64,000 nucleotides of DNA from Epithemia pelagica (Eukaryota > Protista > Bacillariophyta), in the NCBI GenBank assembly GCA_946965045.2, contig OX337228.1, positions 744,001 to 808,000 of the forward strand, in the 5' to 3' direction. The position numbers and the translations under genes are program-made. Below are positions 1 to 11,199 of this stretch, one piece after another. The notes beneath the pieces were generated by a model. It was not told the origin of the DNA and did not search any database. It worked only from the letters and a program-made list of their open reading frames with translations. Each line of letters begins with the position of its first letter. The stretch's first letter is position 1.

Positions 1-19
1 TATCAACGAAGTCAAGCCC

Positions 20-541
20 ATGCTGAAGACATTAGCCAAGAACCTACCTGACGGTGTCACCCTACCCTACCAATTCAACCTCAAGTTCCTTGGCTTCCGA
101 ATGTGGTTGGAATACCGTTCTGTCCGTGGTCAAGACCTTGATGCTGGTGCTTATACTGGTGACGTAATCACCAAGTGGATGAGACGCGTAACGGAACTCG
201 CGAATGCCACCACCACTGATGGTCAGGATGACCCAGTACCACCCAAAAGGCTAACGAACCTTGCCGATTGGGAACGTCACGACGGAATGTGGCGCACATA
301 CTTGGGTCAGCACCGTAATCCGACGACGGGAGTGCCGCTCACCTACGTATTGCGTGAGGAGTCCGACGTACCGGACGACGCACTAACCGCCGATTACGAC
401 TGCATTGACGACGACCTAGTCGCGACCACTCGTCATGAGGGGGACCAGTACAAAGCCAACCGACGCAGAGTGTATGAGCTGTACTACCCTCTTATTTACG
501 ATGGTCCGGCATGGACGTTTGCTAAAACGCCATTGTGCTAA
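20..541 (+). CDS. gag: Gag N-terminal part, truncated at a deletion junction near 527
   Basis: CoDi-gag-like motifs (GVPLTYVLRE, YDGPAWTFAK). No zinc knuckle or protease follows before the frame switches to pol. Confidence 0.75.
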   Translation: MLKTLAKNLPDGVTLPYQFNLKFLGFRMWLEYRSVRGQDLDAGAYTGDVITKWMRRVTELANATTTDGQDDPVPPKRLTNLADWERHDGMWRTYLGQHRNPTTGVPLTYVLREESDVPDDALTADYDCIDDDLVATTRHEGDQYKANRRRVYELYYPLIYDGPAWTFAKTPLC

Positions 542-3500
542 CTGCCGATAGCCCATGGCAACCTCGTTCTACCGCCTTTGCGGACGCGGAGGAGAAACTG
601 GGTGTAGCTGCCGCTACTGTCGTTCGCAATGGCGATCCGAATTCGATTGCCGCATCCTCCATTCCACGACTCATCAAAGCAGTGCGAACGTACCAGCATG
701 CTTTTGCCAATCCATCACCCGATCTGGACGCCGACGCACAAGGCGACGACCTATACGAACGCTTAATAGCGACGGTCACTGTTCATCCAGAGAAGGAGGA
801 GCCTGATGTAGTCCCGGAGGACAAACGTGAACGTCGGCTGTACATGATCAAGACTGCTAACGAGTCTTCCCCAGCCGATCCTGCTGGAAAGGGAGTACTT
901 GATGCAGCCGTACTGTCACAACGTTGGGGCATTGGTTTACCCAAAGCGAAGAATACGCTTAAAGTGACGACGCAGGCTGGAGTACGAAACGTATTAATCC
1001 CATCTGAGCGTAAGGTCCGTAAGAAGGCACCGTGGCTCAAATTCCCCAATGTGAAAGGCCGTTGGTTCTCGGACGAGATGTTTGCCAAGGAAGTTTCACT
1101 GAACGGGGACACGGGCGCCTCGATCTTTACAGACGGCAAAGGATTCGACCACGTTTATCCCTGGAAGTCGAAAAAGCAACATCCTGAAGGATTGATGTCT
1201 CTGATTCACAATGTAGGGATTCCCCAAACAATGGTATCTGATGGTGCCCGAGAATTGTTCCTAGGGAAGTCCCGTGAAATATGCAACGAGTACCGCATAA
1301 AGATGGAGAAAACGGTTCCTTATAGTCCATGGCAGAACGCCGCCGAAGCGAGCATTCGTGAACTAAAGAAGGGAGTTGTCAAGATTATGAGGACGACCGG
1401 CGCACCACGACGTTTATGGAGCTATGCTCTTAAATGGTGCTCACACGTACGGCAACTCACGGCATCCGATATCCCTGAATTAGATGGACGTACACCGTTC
1501 GAGCATGTAATTGGCTCAACGCCAGACATCTCTCCATTAGCCATGTTCCAATTCTATCAGCCGGTGTATTATCGCATGCCCATGGCACAGTTTCCCTTCG
1601 AAAAAAGACTGATTGGCCGATGGTTGGGTTTAGCCGATGATTGCACCGATGATATGGCCTATGAAATCCTAACGCAAGAGGGCAATCATGTCACACGAAA
1701 AGATGTGTGGGCCATTCCGGAAGACGACCTGAAGAATCCGACGATTCATCAGCAGTTGTTGGACTATGATGCCGCTATTCAAACGCAAATGAAAGAGCCG
1801 CCATCTGATGGCACAACTGGGAGCGATCCACCCCCAGACCTCTTTGACGAAGGTGAACTTCTAGAGCCCTTGTTCCCAGAGGCCGAAGCCCTGGAATCCG
1901 ACGCGTACACGCCGGAGGAACTAGACGAATACCTCACCGCTGAAGTCATGCTGCCGCGAGGAGGTGAAAGCGCTCGAGCGAAAATCATTAGACGCACGAA
2001 AGATGCTCATGGGCGACCTATTGGTGAGCGCGACGCAAACCCAATCCTTGATACCCGGTACTACGATGTACAGTTTCCGGATGGATCGGTCGAGTCGTAT
2101 GCAACCAATATGATCGCAGAGAATCTGTATTCGCAAGTTGATCCGGAGGGCAATGCGTTCAACACATTGAAAGCCATTGTGGGTCACCGCAGTGATGAGA
2201 CCGCAGTTAAGCGAACAGACGCATCGTTCCTTGACGGCACATCACGCCACACAACGAAAGGCTGGGAATTACAATGTGAACTGTCCGATCAATCGACTGT
2301 TTGGCTGCCGCTCAAAGACGTCAAGAATGGAAATATGATTGAAGCCGCCGAATACGCAGTATCCACTGGCATCGCAAAAGAGCCTGCTTTCGCATGGTGG
2401 GTGCCACGTGCACTTCGTAAACGAGACCGTATTATCAAAAAGGTAAAGTCACGTTATTGGAAGCGAACGCACAAGTATGGCATTGAGTTGCCCCACTCTG
2501 TGGAAGAAGCCCTGGCGATTGACCGCCGAACGGGGACTGACTTCTGGCGTAAGGCTATTGAGAAAGAAATGAAGAACGTTGGCATTGCTTTCGAATTTCC
2601 AGCTGATGGCGAAGTGCCTTCTGGATACAAGCATATCCCCTGCCATATGGTTTTTGACATCAAATCAGACCTGCGACGAAAAGCACGGTTAGTGGCCGGA
2701 GGCCACAAAACTGATCCACCCAAAGAATCGACCTATTCTAGTGTGGTATCACGCGATAGGGTACGCATTGCTTTTACTATCGCTGCACTAAATGGTCTAG
2801 ATGTTCTCGTCGGGGACGTGCAAAACGCATATCTCAACGCACCGACTAAAGAGAAGACCTATACCACCGCGGGACTCGAATTTGGACCAGATAAGGTTGG
2901 ACAACCTGCACTGATAGTGCGCGCATTATATGGTCTCAAAAGTTCTGCCGCAAGGTGGCGTGATCACATCGCTGCAACGCTCCGCGATATGGGATTTAAG
3001 ATGTGTCAAGCTGATCCGGATGTATGGCTTCGAGCGAACACTCGACCATCTGATGGGTTCCAGTATTACGAGTATGTTTTGGTCTACATTGATGATCTGC
3101 TGATTGTTAGTCATGATCCCAAAACCGTGATGCAGGACCTGCAGAGGCGCTATACGATCAAGCCCGACAGTATCAAACCGCCAGACGAATACTTAGGATC
3201 CGAAATACGGCGTTATACCATACCCGACACGCAAGATCCGTCGAACCGTGATCGTTGGGCCATGTCCGCTGACAAGTATTGTAAGCGTGCTCTTGCCGAA
3301 GTCGAAACGGAACTGGAGAAATCCGGAGAAAAGCTGAAGTCAAAAGTGACGACGCCGATCGCCGATGGATATCGCCCGGAATTGGATGCGACTCCTGAAC
3401 TCGACGCAAGACGTGCGAACTATTACCAAGGACTGATCGGTATCCTCCGTTGGATTGTTGAACTCGGTCGTATCGACATTACAACCGCAGTCTCCCATAT

Positions 3501-4179
3501 GTCCCGTTTTATGGCGAATCCACGAGAAGGACATCTCGAGCAAACGTTGCACATTTTCGCGTATCTAAAGAAGTACGATAAATCCGCCATTGTGTTCGAC
3601 GACACAACCCCTGACTTCGACGAGTCACGTTTTACCCGACCGGATTGGTCTGAGTATTATCCTGATGCTGCCGAGCCGATTCCGCCAAACGCACCAGCAC
3701 CGCGTGGAAACGCTGTCACCACGACTTGCTTTGTCGATGCTGATCATGCTGGATGTCGTGTCACACGGCGCTCTCAAACAGGAGTCCTACTGTTCATGCA
3801 ACGAGCACCGATCATGTGGTATTCAAAACGACAAAACACTGTTGAGACGTCTACATTTGGCAGTGAGTTCGTGGCGATGAAGACTGCCATTGAAATGATT
3901 GAAGCATTTCGTTATAAGTTGCGAATGATGGGTATCCCGTTGGATGGAGAGACGAATGTGTTTTGCGACAATGAATCTGTGTTTAAGAACTCGACTCAGC
4001 CAGAATCAGTCCTAAAGAAGAAGCACAATGCAATTGCTTATCATCGGACTCGTGAAGCGCAAGCTGCTGGACTTGTGCGCATTGCATGGGAAGAAGGTGA
4101 AACGAATCTTGCCGATATCCTAACCAAACTGCTACCCGGACCTCGATTGCGATTCCTGGCCCAACGTATCATGTGGTAG
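535..4179 (+). CDS. pol: Pol: integrase, reverse transcriptase and RNase H; uninterrupted but lacking protease
   Basis: Integrase D,D,E (FSDEMF / VSDGARE / QNAAEASIRE); RT VYIDDLL and ALYGLKSS; RNase H FVDADHAG, GSEFVAM, DNESV, NLADILTK. Confidence 0.95.
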   Translation: MLTADSPWQPRSTAFADAEEKLGVAAATVVRNGDPNSIAASSIPRLIKAVRTYQHAFANPSPDLDADAQGDDLYERLIATVTVHPEKEEPDVVPEDKRERRLYMIKTANESSPADPAGKGVLDAAVLSQRWGIGLPKAKNTLKVTTQAGVRNVLIPSERKVRKKAPWLKFPNVKGRWFSDEMFAKEVSLNGDTGASIFTDGKGFDHVYPWKSKKQHPEGLMSLIHNVGIPQTMVSDGARELFLGKSREICNEYRIKMEKTVPYSPWQNAAEASIRELKKGVVKIMRTTGAPRRLWSYALKWCSHVRQLTASDIPELDGRTPFEHVIGSTPDISPLAMFQFYQPVYYRMPMAQFPFEKRLIGRWLGLADDCTDDMAYEILTQEGNHVTRKDVWAIPEDDLKNPTIHQQLLDYDAAIQTQMKEPPSDGTTGSDPPPDLFDEGELLEPLFPEAEALESDAYTPEELDEYLTAEVMLPRGGESARAKIIRRTKDAHGRPIGERDANPILDTRYYDVQFPDGSVESYATNMIAENLYSQVDPEGNAFNTLKAIVGHRSDETAVKRTDASFLDGTSRHTTKGWELQCELSDQSTVWLPLKDVKNGNMIEAAEYAVSTGIAKEPAFAWWVPRALRKRDRIIKKVKSRYWKRTHKYGIELPHSVEEALAIDRRTGTDFWRKAIEKEMKNVGIAFEFPADGEVPSGYKHIPCHMVFDIKSDLRRKARLVAGGHKTDPPKESTYSSVVSRDRVRIAFTIAALNGLDVLVGDVQNAYLNAPTKEKTYTTAGLEFGPDKVGQPALIVRALYGLKSSAARWRDHIAATLRDMGFKMCQADPDVWLRANTRPSDGFQYYEYVLVYIDDLLIVSHDPKTVMQDLQRRYTIKPDSIKPPDEYLGSEIRRYTIPDTQDPSNRDRWAMSADKYCKRALAEVETELEKSGEKLKSKVTTPIADGYRPELDATPELDARRANYYQGLIGILRWIVELGRIDITTAVSHMSRFMANPREGHLEQTLHIFAYLKKYDKSAIVFDDTTPDFDESRFTRPDWSEYYPDAAEPIPPNAPAPRGNAVTTTCFVDADHAGCRVTRRSQTGVLLFMQRAPIMWYSKRQNTVETSTFGSEFVAMKTAIEMIEAFRYKLRMMGIPLDGETNVFCDNESVFKNSTQPESVLKKKHNAIAYHRTREAQAAGLVRIAWEEGETNLADILTKLLPGPRLRFLAQRIMW

Positions 4180-4301
4180 CACCCCTTTTAGATCCAAAAT
4201 GGGATCGCCCCCTTTTGAAGAATAGTCCGACGTACTGGACCGGCCTCTGCTGACATGACGAACTAAACGAAGTTGCCCACCCCGATTTTGTTCGCGGGGA
4301 C

Positions 4302-4541
4302 TGAATAAATAATCACGGGCGCCCCCTTTGTAACCTACGAAAGGCCTCGCCATGCCTCGCTACGCACCGCCTGGCATCGCCCGGCCCCTAGCTATGTGTT
4401 CGCTAGTGGGTACCGTGGTCGCTATTTGGCCCCTACGTGAGCGATTTGCCCCCAAAGGGCACCCCTAGTTTAGTCATCATAATTTCTGATAGTTTGATTG
4501 TTGCAAGCCGTATATTGCGTCTGGCCGTCAGTTTTTATTCA
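4302..4541 (+). repeat. Putative 3' LTR of element 1
   Basis: Starts TGAATAAA directly after the PPT-like tract (4291-4301); TTTATTCA at 4534-4541 is its exact 8-bp reverse complement. An alternative end is CTTATTTCA at 4669. No 5' LTR is in the window to confirm. Confidence 0.5.
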
Positions 4542-5205
4542 AATCATCATGTCGGATGGTCGTTTATGAGTAGTATTCTTGTTGCGGAACTCGGAACCGA
4601 GTTCTCACTCCCACACAAGCCCGACGGATCCACGAGTCACGGTTCCCGCGGTGCTACATTCTTATTTCATGAGAACATAGTCACCCTGCCAATAATGAGA
4701 AATAAGAATTTAGAATCTATCCCGGTACATCTTGAATCTAATCTTACCCAACCGAAAAGCGAAAAGTTGAGCTGAATCATTGCTGATTCCCGCACGAGGG
4801 TGGGAATTCGTGAATGAAGTAACGTTACGGTTTCTAATCGTAATCTGTGTTTGTTGCCGTTTGCATCGATGTTTCTCATAATTTGCCGCAACGAGAAACA
4901 AGTTTTGTTGTCCTTGTTAGAGCAGGCCGGAGAAAGATCATCATCTTCAGCCTCCTCGACTTGTTGTATTGAGCAAGTGAAAACTGTTTTGTTTCTTGCG
5001 AGGATGCTCCACCAATGTTCGTGTTCGATCAACAGCAACAACATCAAAAATAATGAGGCTGTTGTGACCCGAGAGTGCACGGACGACAAGTCATTCCTAC
5101 CACTCATGCCTGTCCACTTGCCGTGATCACCACGACAACGGCGACAAGACATGAGCAGATTTTGACAAGTTTTTACATTCCCACGATTTGAAAGACACTT
5201 GCAGG

Positions 5206-5504
5206 TGTTGAGTAGAGTGTCGTAGCCGTCAGCTTTGCCCACTATACTGTAAAGTCGAAAATGATCCTAATTTACTGGCTTGATTGTTTCCAAAGAATGA
5301 GCTCTAGACTCATTTGTTGGCGATTTGTTCGCCTTTCCTCTTCTGACTACGTCAGCGAATGTCACGCGTGCGGGGCTCGTCCTGCTCGCTTTATTCTCCA
5401 TAATATTCTTCATTGTCTTTGGTCTTGCTTGCATTGTCTTTGGTCTTACTTCGTCAGGCGTTCCCGCGTCGCAGTGTTTTCTTTCTTGCTCATTATTTCC
5501 AACA
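5206..5504 (-). repeat. 3' LTR of element 2 (299 bp)
   Basis: Identical to 11200-11498 except one substitution (ttggCGattt vs ttggCAattt); contains an imperfect 21-bp tandem duplication (CATTGTCTTTGGTCTT core). Confidence 0.98.
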
Positions 5505-8500
5505 CGCTCCTCACAAGACGTGGGGACGTCGTGTGTTTGTAGAGTGCTGATGGGTTTGTGTCCCAACAGTACGTCCCGGAATTTGTTGAAAAGTGCTCCT
5601 TGTAGTGGTTTTGTGTAGAAATCCGCTAGCATCTCCTCGGTAGGGCAGTAGTGGATGTCGATCTTCTCTTGTTGAACTTGATCCTTAATGAAGAAGTATC
5701 GGATGTCCACATGCCTTGATTGTTTTCCTGCCGATGCCCTTCCATTTTTCTCGAGTCGTATGGCGCTTTGGTTGTCTTGTGCAAAGCGTGTGCTCTTAAT
5801 ATTGTATCCTTGGGCCTCGAGAAACCGTTTAGCCCATAGGGTATTCGGGATGTAATCACTGGCCCCAACAACCTCCGCTTCCGTAGAGCTTTTCGTGTTA
5901 AGCTTTTGCTTCCTTGATTTTGCCATGATGGCACCTCGTCCAAGTGACATCGCGCCTCCTGTGTGGCTTTTCATGTCTTCGTGCACGGCAAATGATGCGT
6001 CCACCCAGTTGAGAAGATGTGGGACGTCGTCCGCTCCCACGATGTATTCCATCTCTTCAGTAGCGTGTAAGTACTGAAGCACTCGTCTGAGTTTGTCCCA
6101 ATCCTCAGTGGTGGCCTTTGAAACGCGTGTATAGAGGAAGGCGATTGCCGTTTGAATGTCAATTCTTGATCTTTGTGACAAATAGAGCAGTTTGGCGACG
6201 ATGCTGTGGAATTTCTCCTTCCGTTTCGGATCCAATTCGGGCGCACTTTTGATGTTGAAAAGGCCCTTCTTTGCAGGTGAGGATGCCCCTTGGGACACGT
6301 CTTCACCGCACATTTCGATTGCTTCCTTTATATATTGCGGCATCAGGATACTGACTGCGCCGTTTTCGTTGATTGTGATGTTCATTCCCAAATACGTGTG
6401 TTTGTTCCCTCTGCATACTGTCATCTTCCCGAACTTGGCCTCGATCGTGTCGATAATTTGTTCGACGACTTCTTCTTCCACGTGGGATGCCTTGAGATCG
6501 TCCACATACCATGTGATGGTGCGCTGTTTGCCGTTAATGATCTTGTTCGCGACACACGGATCATAGGGGTTTAGCTCAAAACCCATTTCTTTTAGAGTCG
6601 ACGCGAACAATTCATACCAAAGCAATGCGGATTGTACACATCCGTATAGCGCCTTGTTGAGGCGTACATATAGTACTTTCACGCCATCTTCCATGACGAC
6701 GTACTTCTCGTATTTCTTGTCCAGTTTGCAAAAAATGTCAACGACCTCCTGTCAGTCGCATTAGAACGAAGTCTTTCATGTAGGCGTTGAGATAGGCACC
6801 GGCAATGTCAGCCGTGATAACCTTTCGTCGTTCTTGAGCGTCGATGACGAGGGACATGATGAGGGCATCCACCGAAAGCGCTGGTGATGCGGTTTCACTT
6901 TTGTCGTACAGGGTCCGTTGTGGTCGACCGTCTGCACATGAACGTCCCTTCAACTTCCCACAACGTTTCTCCTTGATTACGTTGACTGATCGTAGGGCAG
7001 CCTTTTTTTGTTGGGGGGTTAATTTGGATGCATCCTGTGGGTCGAAGGTATCTTGGTTGTCCAACTGAGTGAGCTCTTTCAAGAGTGCATCGATAGCACG
7101 TTGTCCATGTTTCTTGATGCCTGCCTTCGCGGACATCTGAGTAAAGATGAAGTTTGCCATCAAAGAGTGGATGGGTGTCCGATCATTCACGTTGGTTGTG
7201 GCGTGTTTGATGGCCTGTTGCAGGAGTTGCACGTGTAAATAGGAGGTTGCACCATCCGTCATGTCCATCTGATGATCGAGCCGGTGGGCGTACGATCGCT
7301 CCCGGTTTCCTCGAAGGCTGTATTCGTGCCTAGTCTCGGCGTTGTCGGTTGGTTCGTCCATGTCATGGTCATCCTCGTATTCTTCAGATACGTCTGGGAA
7401 CTCGTCGCGCTCCTCATTTTGCGCTCCTTCGTCCTCCACGTTTTCTATTTCGTGATTGTCGGTGTTGTCTCCGATATCGGTCACCTCTTTGTCCTCATCG
7501 ACATCATCGATGGGGTCATCCTCTGTGTTGTTTCGCTGTTGTCGTCGGAAGTGGATACCACATGCCGTTCGCTGTCGGAGCTGTCGGGCGCTCCTTCATC
7601 GATGTCGTGTTCGTCTGTGTCGTCACTTTCTTCGCCCGCTCCTTCGTCGTTGGCGTTGTGGTGGGCATCGTTGTTCGCTCCTTCTTCTGCTCCGTCTTCT
7701 TCCTCCAAATCGTCCTCGTTTGCGATGTCGTCATCGTGGTCTTCTATGGGTACGTTCGGTGCCCATTCGAAAACGAGCTCACCGTTGATGATGGGCTGTT
7801 CCTGTTGTTCAGCCAACTCCTCAACCCGGTTAATCACATCCTGTGTGATGGGCAGTTCCGTCCACTGTTGTCTGGAGATTCTTGCCCCGGTCGTGAGTGA
7901 TAGGAAGTAATAACTCCCTTGAGCATTTCCTGTTGGGTTGAGTGCTATGGCCCCAATGGTACGTGGCGCTGTGGTGCTAGTCTGTCGTCGCTCCTCGAAC
8001 ACTTGGGCGTACTGGCCAAACTCGATCCTCATACTGTTGTAGTCTGGATCGGGAAGGCCAGTTATGATTTTTCGGGGGCTCATGGTTGGCAAGATTCCCT
8101 TTCGGTTCGGCAATTGGTTCAACGTGCGGACGGACAGGGTAACTAGCTCTCGCACCATGAGGACAGGGTATCGTCGAAAAGGGAGTCCGTGGACGGTCGC
8201 CCGCACCCGCTCCTTAATTGTCCGGATGGAGCGTTCCACCTGTCCGACGTGGTCATCTGCTGCCACGATGTTGGCGATGACTGGTCGGATGTTCGCTTGG
8301 AGGGGGGCGAACTCATTATCGGCATGCATATCGACCACTTCGAAACCTCTGGATGAGTAGAGGTGGAAAACGTCCTTCAGTTCTCGTTCCAGGGTGGCCT
8401 TGCGTCGGTTCTCGATTGCCGCAACAGTTCGGAAGTTGATGTTTCGTGATATCGTGTGGCAAAAGATGTGGCCTTGAACGTAAAAATTGTCTGCGCATAT

Positions 8501-10537
8501 CGTCACGCGTTTGTGTTCTTGTTGGATAGTGTCGGGTAGGGCCGTTGCTGTCTGTTGTGGGACGCCGGCGGAGGACCGTTTAACCGTTTTTCCTTTTAGG
8601 GTTGCGGGGTCGGGTCCATAAATTTTGAGGGCGCGTCGTGCATCTTCGGGGGTGACGGGGCAGTTTCGGATGATGTTGTTGGTTAGGGCGTCGAGGAAAT
8701 CGCGTTGGGAGGGGCGACCGAGTTGTCTGTACAGAGTACGGGCACGATCTGCTCATTCGACCTCCCGGGGCGAAAAACCAGTCGCATTACGAGGGACCGA
8801 GTTAAGGAACAGATAGGGAGTAGAGGTAGAGCTAATAAAGTTAGACGGGTCTGCAACATCAAAATAGTTAAGTCCCATCGCACTTTCACGAAAAATCGTT
8901 ACCGAGCCATCACGACGATGGACTGAGATGGAGGGATCACCGGCAGTGTCCATAGTGATGCGGCACCTTTGCCGAACGGCGGCGAGGGAGAGGATGTTGG
9001 CCAAGGACTGGGGGTTGTACCAGACCTCGCCAAAGTTGGGAATGTTGCCGAGGAGTCGGGACACCTGGTGACCACCATTGGTGTAGACGGTCAACGGATG
9101 GGCCGAGGGCCGAATGTTGGAAAGGAGGGAGGCATTCCGAAAGACCGAAATAGTCGACTGACTATCAAGCAAAACCCAGGTGTCGGGGATGGAACATCGT
9201 GGTGGTTGTGAAAAACAACAATCAACAAGGGCGAAGGTGAAATTGTACGAAGAAGGGGAGGAGCCATGTTGTTGAAGCATGGTGACGCCCGAATTACCAC
9301 GGGTCCCACTGGTGGCACCATTATCATCGCCGCGCAGAGGGCACTGACTGGCGTAATGGCCAGGCCCCTGACAATGAAAGCACGTAATGCTCTCATGGAG
9401 GATGCCGTCGAGACCAGGGACAGGGGATGTGGTTTGAGCAAATTGTAAACCACCACCACCACCGGCAGGGATCAAAGCTGGTGTCCCAGAGGATTGGGAA
9501 ACGGTGGAGGCCTGCTTCGGACCACGGTAGCTGACCAGCATCCCGTAGGCGGATGTTAGGTCTGGAGGGTATTGATCGGTTCCCCGGGTGAACTGATTTT
9601 CCAATTCAATCAACAAGTTACCAAATCTCTTTCGATCAGCACCCTTTAAAAATTGGATGGCAAGGGTGCGCTCGCGACTGATCCGTTTCTTCTCATCGGA
9701 GGAAGTGGACTCGTCGGGGTCCAAATACTTCTCCACTAATTCTTGGGATCCTTTATCAATTCCGACCGACCCACCATAATGCTCCAAAACGTCGATGTTT
9801 TCTTTAAATTGGTGGAGGTAATCGGCGAGACTTTCCTCTGCTTGCTGTCGATGCATCTAGAAGTTCGTGTATGCGTCGTTGAGTGACGAGTACCCGTAGC
9901 GTTTTTCTTCAAACTTGTGTCGAATTGCCTTGATTTGAGTCAACAACCAACCACAGTCACACGCATCGCGGGTGGTGTTATACTTTTCGAGGCCTTGGAG
10001 CTTGGCCTTCATGGCTTCACTACACTGACCCCATATGACCGCATATGCCGCTTGCAGGTTACTCTCAAGGATGTCGCAACGCGTCACGTATGCGGCAACC
10101 TTCTTCTCGAAAATCGCTACCTTGAGGCGACTGGTTTCTTCTTCGGGCAAATCCGGTGGTTCTTCAATTGTCGGGTTCTGCAGCTCTCTTGTGAGAGTAG
10201 TCATATCTCCTGCATGCTTCAAATTCTTTGCGAAGTATTCTTCTAGTGCCTCAATTGTTCGTGTAAACTGTCGCTTGTCATTACACTCATAAAAGACTTG
10301 AAAAACATGACTGTTCATGTCGTCAGTGATTCCTTCGAACGTACTGGGGTTGGTAGCGTAACCACCGCGTCCACCACGTCCTCCTCGTCCACCTCGGCCG
10401 CGCCCTCGTCCCCTTCGTCCTCGTCCTTGGTTGCCTTGACTCGAACTTGGAGTTCCGCCGTCATTAGGCGGCGTGGTACCGGGCGTAGTTGGGGCGCCGC
10501 CCGGGCTTGACGGGTTGGACCCTTGCGTATTGCTCAT
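5267..10537 (-). pseudogene. gag-pol: gag-pol of element 2, broken by two in-frame stops (TAG 9857-9859, TGA 8753-8755) and two frameshifts (~7520, ~6745)
   Basis: RGG-rich gag start; zinc knuckle CFHCQGPGHYASQC; protease WVLLDSQST; integrase CADNF/HADNEF/QVERSIR; RT WYVDDLK; RNase H WVDASFA/STEAE/QDNQSA/ADFYTKP. The frame continues across both stops (REVE*ADRARTLY...), and the ORF ends inside the 3' LTR. Confidence 0.95.
5505..5512 (-). other. Polypurine tract of element 2
   Basis: Minus strand reads GAGGAGCG immediately before TGTTGG (start of the 3' LTR). Confidence 0.8.
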
Positions 10538-11150
10538 CCCGCTGAGCCGATAGATAACGGACGTTGCCTTGTCCTCGTCTTAGGTCGTGACCGCTGTCGG
10601 TATGGATGACCACTTGCTTCTCGCACACCTTGGCCACAACTCCTGTTCCGTCGCGGATCGTCGGTGCACAGGTGGAAAAACGTGAGGCTGGGTTCAGGAC
10701 CTTGACGATATCACCCACGCAAAATTTGCGTCGTCTGGGGTGTATGAAATATCGCTTCCCTGTGACGTCGGACGTCCACAGACTGCAGCCGGATTGCAAT
10801 GCTGCTCTCTCAGCGGGAGTGTAGATCACCTGATTGTTTGATCTGGGGGGAAAAGTGCCGACAACTTCAACTGTGGAACTGGCAATGCTCGCACTTGAGA
10901 CCGACTCCCGGCTTGTCTTGAAAGTTCCGATGTGTTCTTCAGACGCTTCCTCTTCGTCTTCACTGTCTCCTGTTTCGTATCCACTGGGCTGTGCTCTTGC
11001 CACGGGCACGGTAGCCACGGGCGTCGATGATGGATCTCGTAGGTCCTTGAGCCTTCGGATAATCTCTTGCTGGCGAACACTCAGTTCGGCAAGTTCTTGG
11101 ATGAGTTCGTCGATTTCTTGTAGGTGTCTCACTGTAGGGTCAGTATTCAT
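10464..11150 (-). CDS. Extra ORF (228 aa) upstream of gag: N-terminal coiled coil, acidic linker, C-terminal KOW/SH3-like barrel
   Basis: Intact ATG-to-stop ORF 36 nt after the PBS, overlapping the gag start by 74 nt in another frame; motif KFCVGDIVKVLNP...GTGVVAKVCEKQVVIHTDSG...R...N. Confidence 0.7.
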   Translation of the reverse strand: MNTDPTVRHLQEIDELIQELAELSVRQQEIIRRLKDLRDPSSTPVATVPVARAQPSGYETGDSEDEEEASEEHIGTFKTSRESVSSASIASSTVEVVGTFPPRSNNQVIYTPAERAALQSGCSLWTSDVTGKRYFIHPRRRKFCVGDIVKVLNPASRFSTCAPTIRDGTGVVAKVCEKQVVIHTDSGHDLRRGQGNVRYLSAQRDEQYARVQPVKPGRRPNYARYHAA

Positions 11151-11185
11151 GGAGAAGAGATGCTTTGAAAAGAGAGAAAAACGTT

Positions 11186-11199
11186 TTCTTTGGAAACAA
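11186..11199 (-). promoter_or_regulatory. Non-tRNA primer-binding site, complementary to the element's own LTR
   Basis: Minus strand TTGTTTCCAAAGAA directly follows the 5' LTR. It lacks the TGG start of tRNA PBSs and is the exact complement of LTR positions 11291-11278. Confidence 0.75.

Larger units (their letters stand above)
1..4541 (+). mobile_element. Ty1/copia (CoDi-like) LTR retrotransposon 1; 5' end outside window; internally deleted
   Basis: gag fragment, then integrase-RT-RNaseH order (Copia), then a PPT-like TTCGCGGGGAC and a TG-starting putative LTR. The right boundary is uncertain (4541 or 4669). Confidence 0.9.

Noticed and set aside
8753-9859. In-frame TAG and TGA in element 2 as programmed readthrough sites
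   Set aside because: They fall inside gag and at the start of integrase rather than at a gag/pol boundary, lack a CARYYA-type context, and co-occur with frameshifts; nonsense mutations or errors are simpler.
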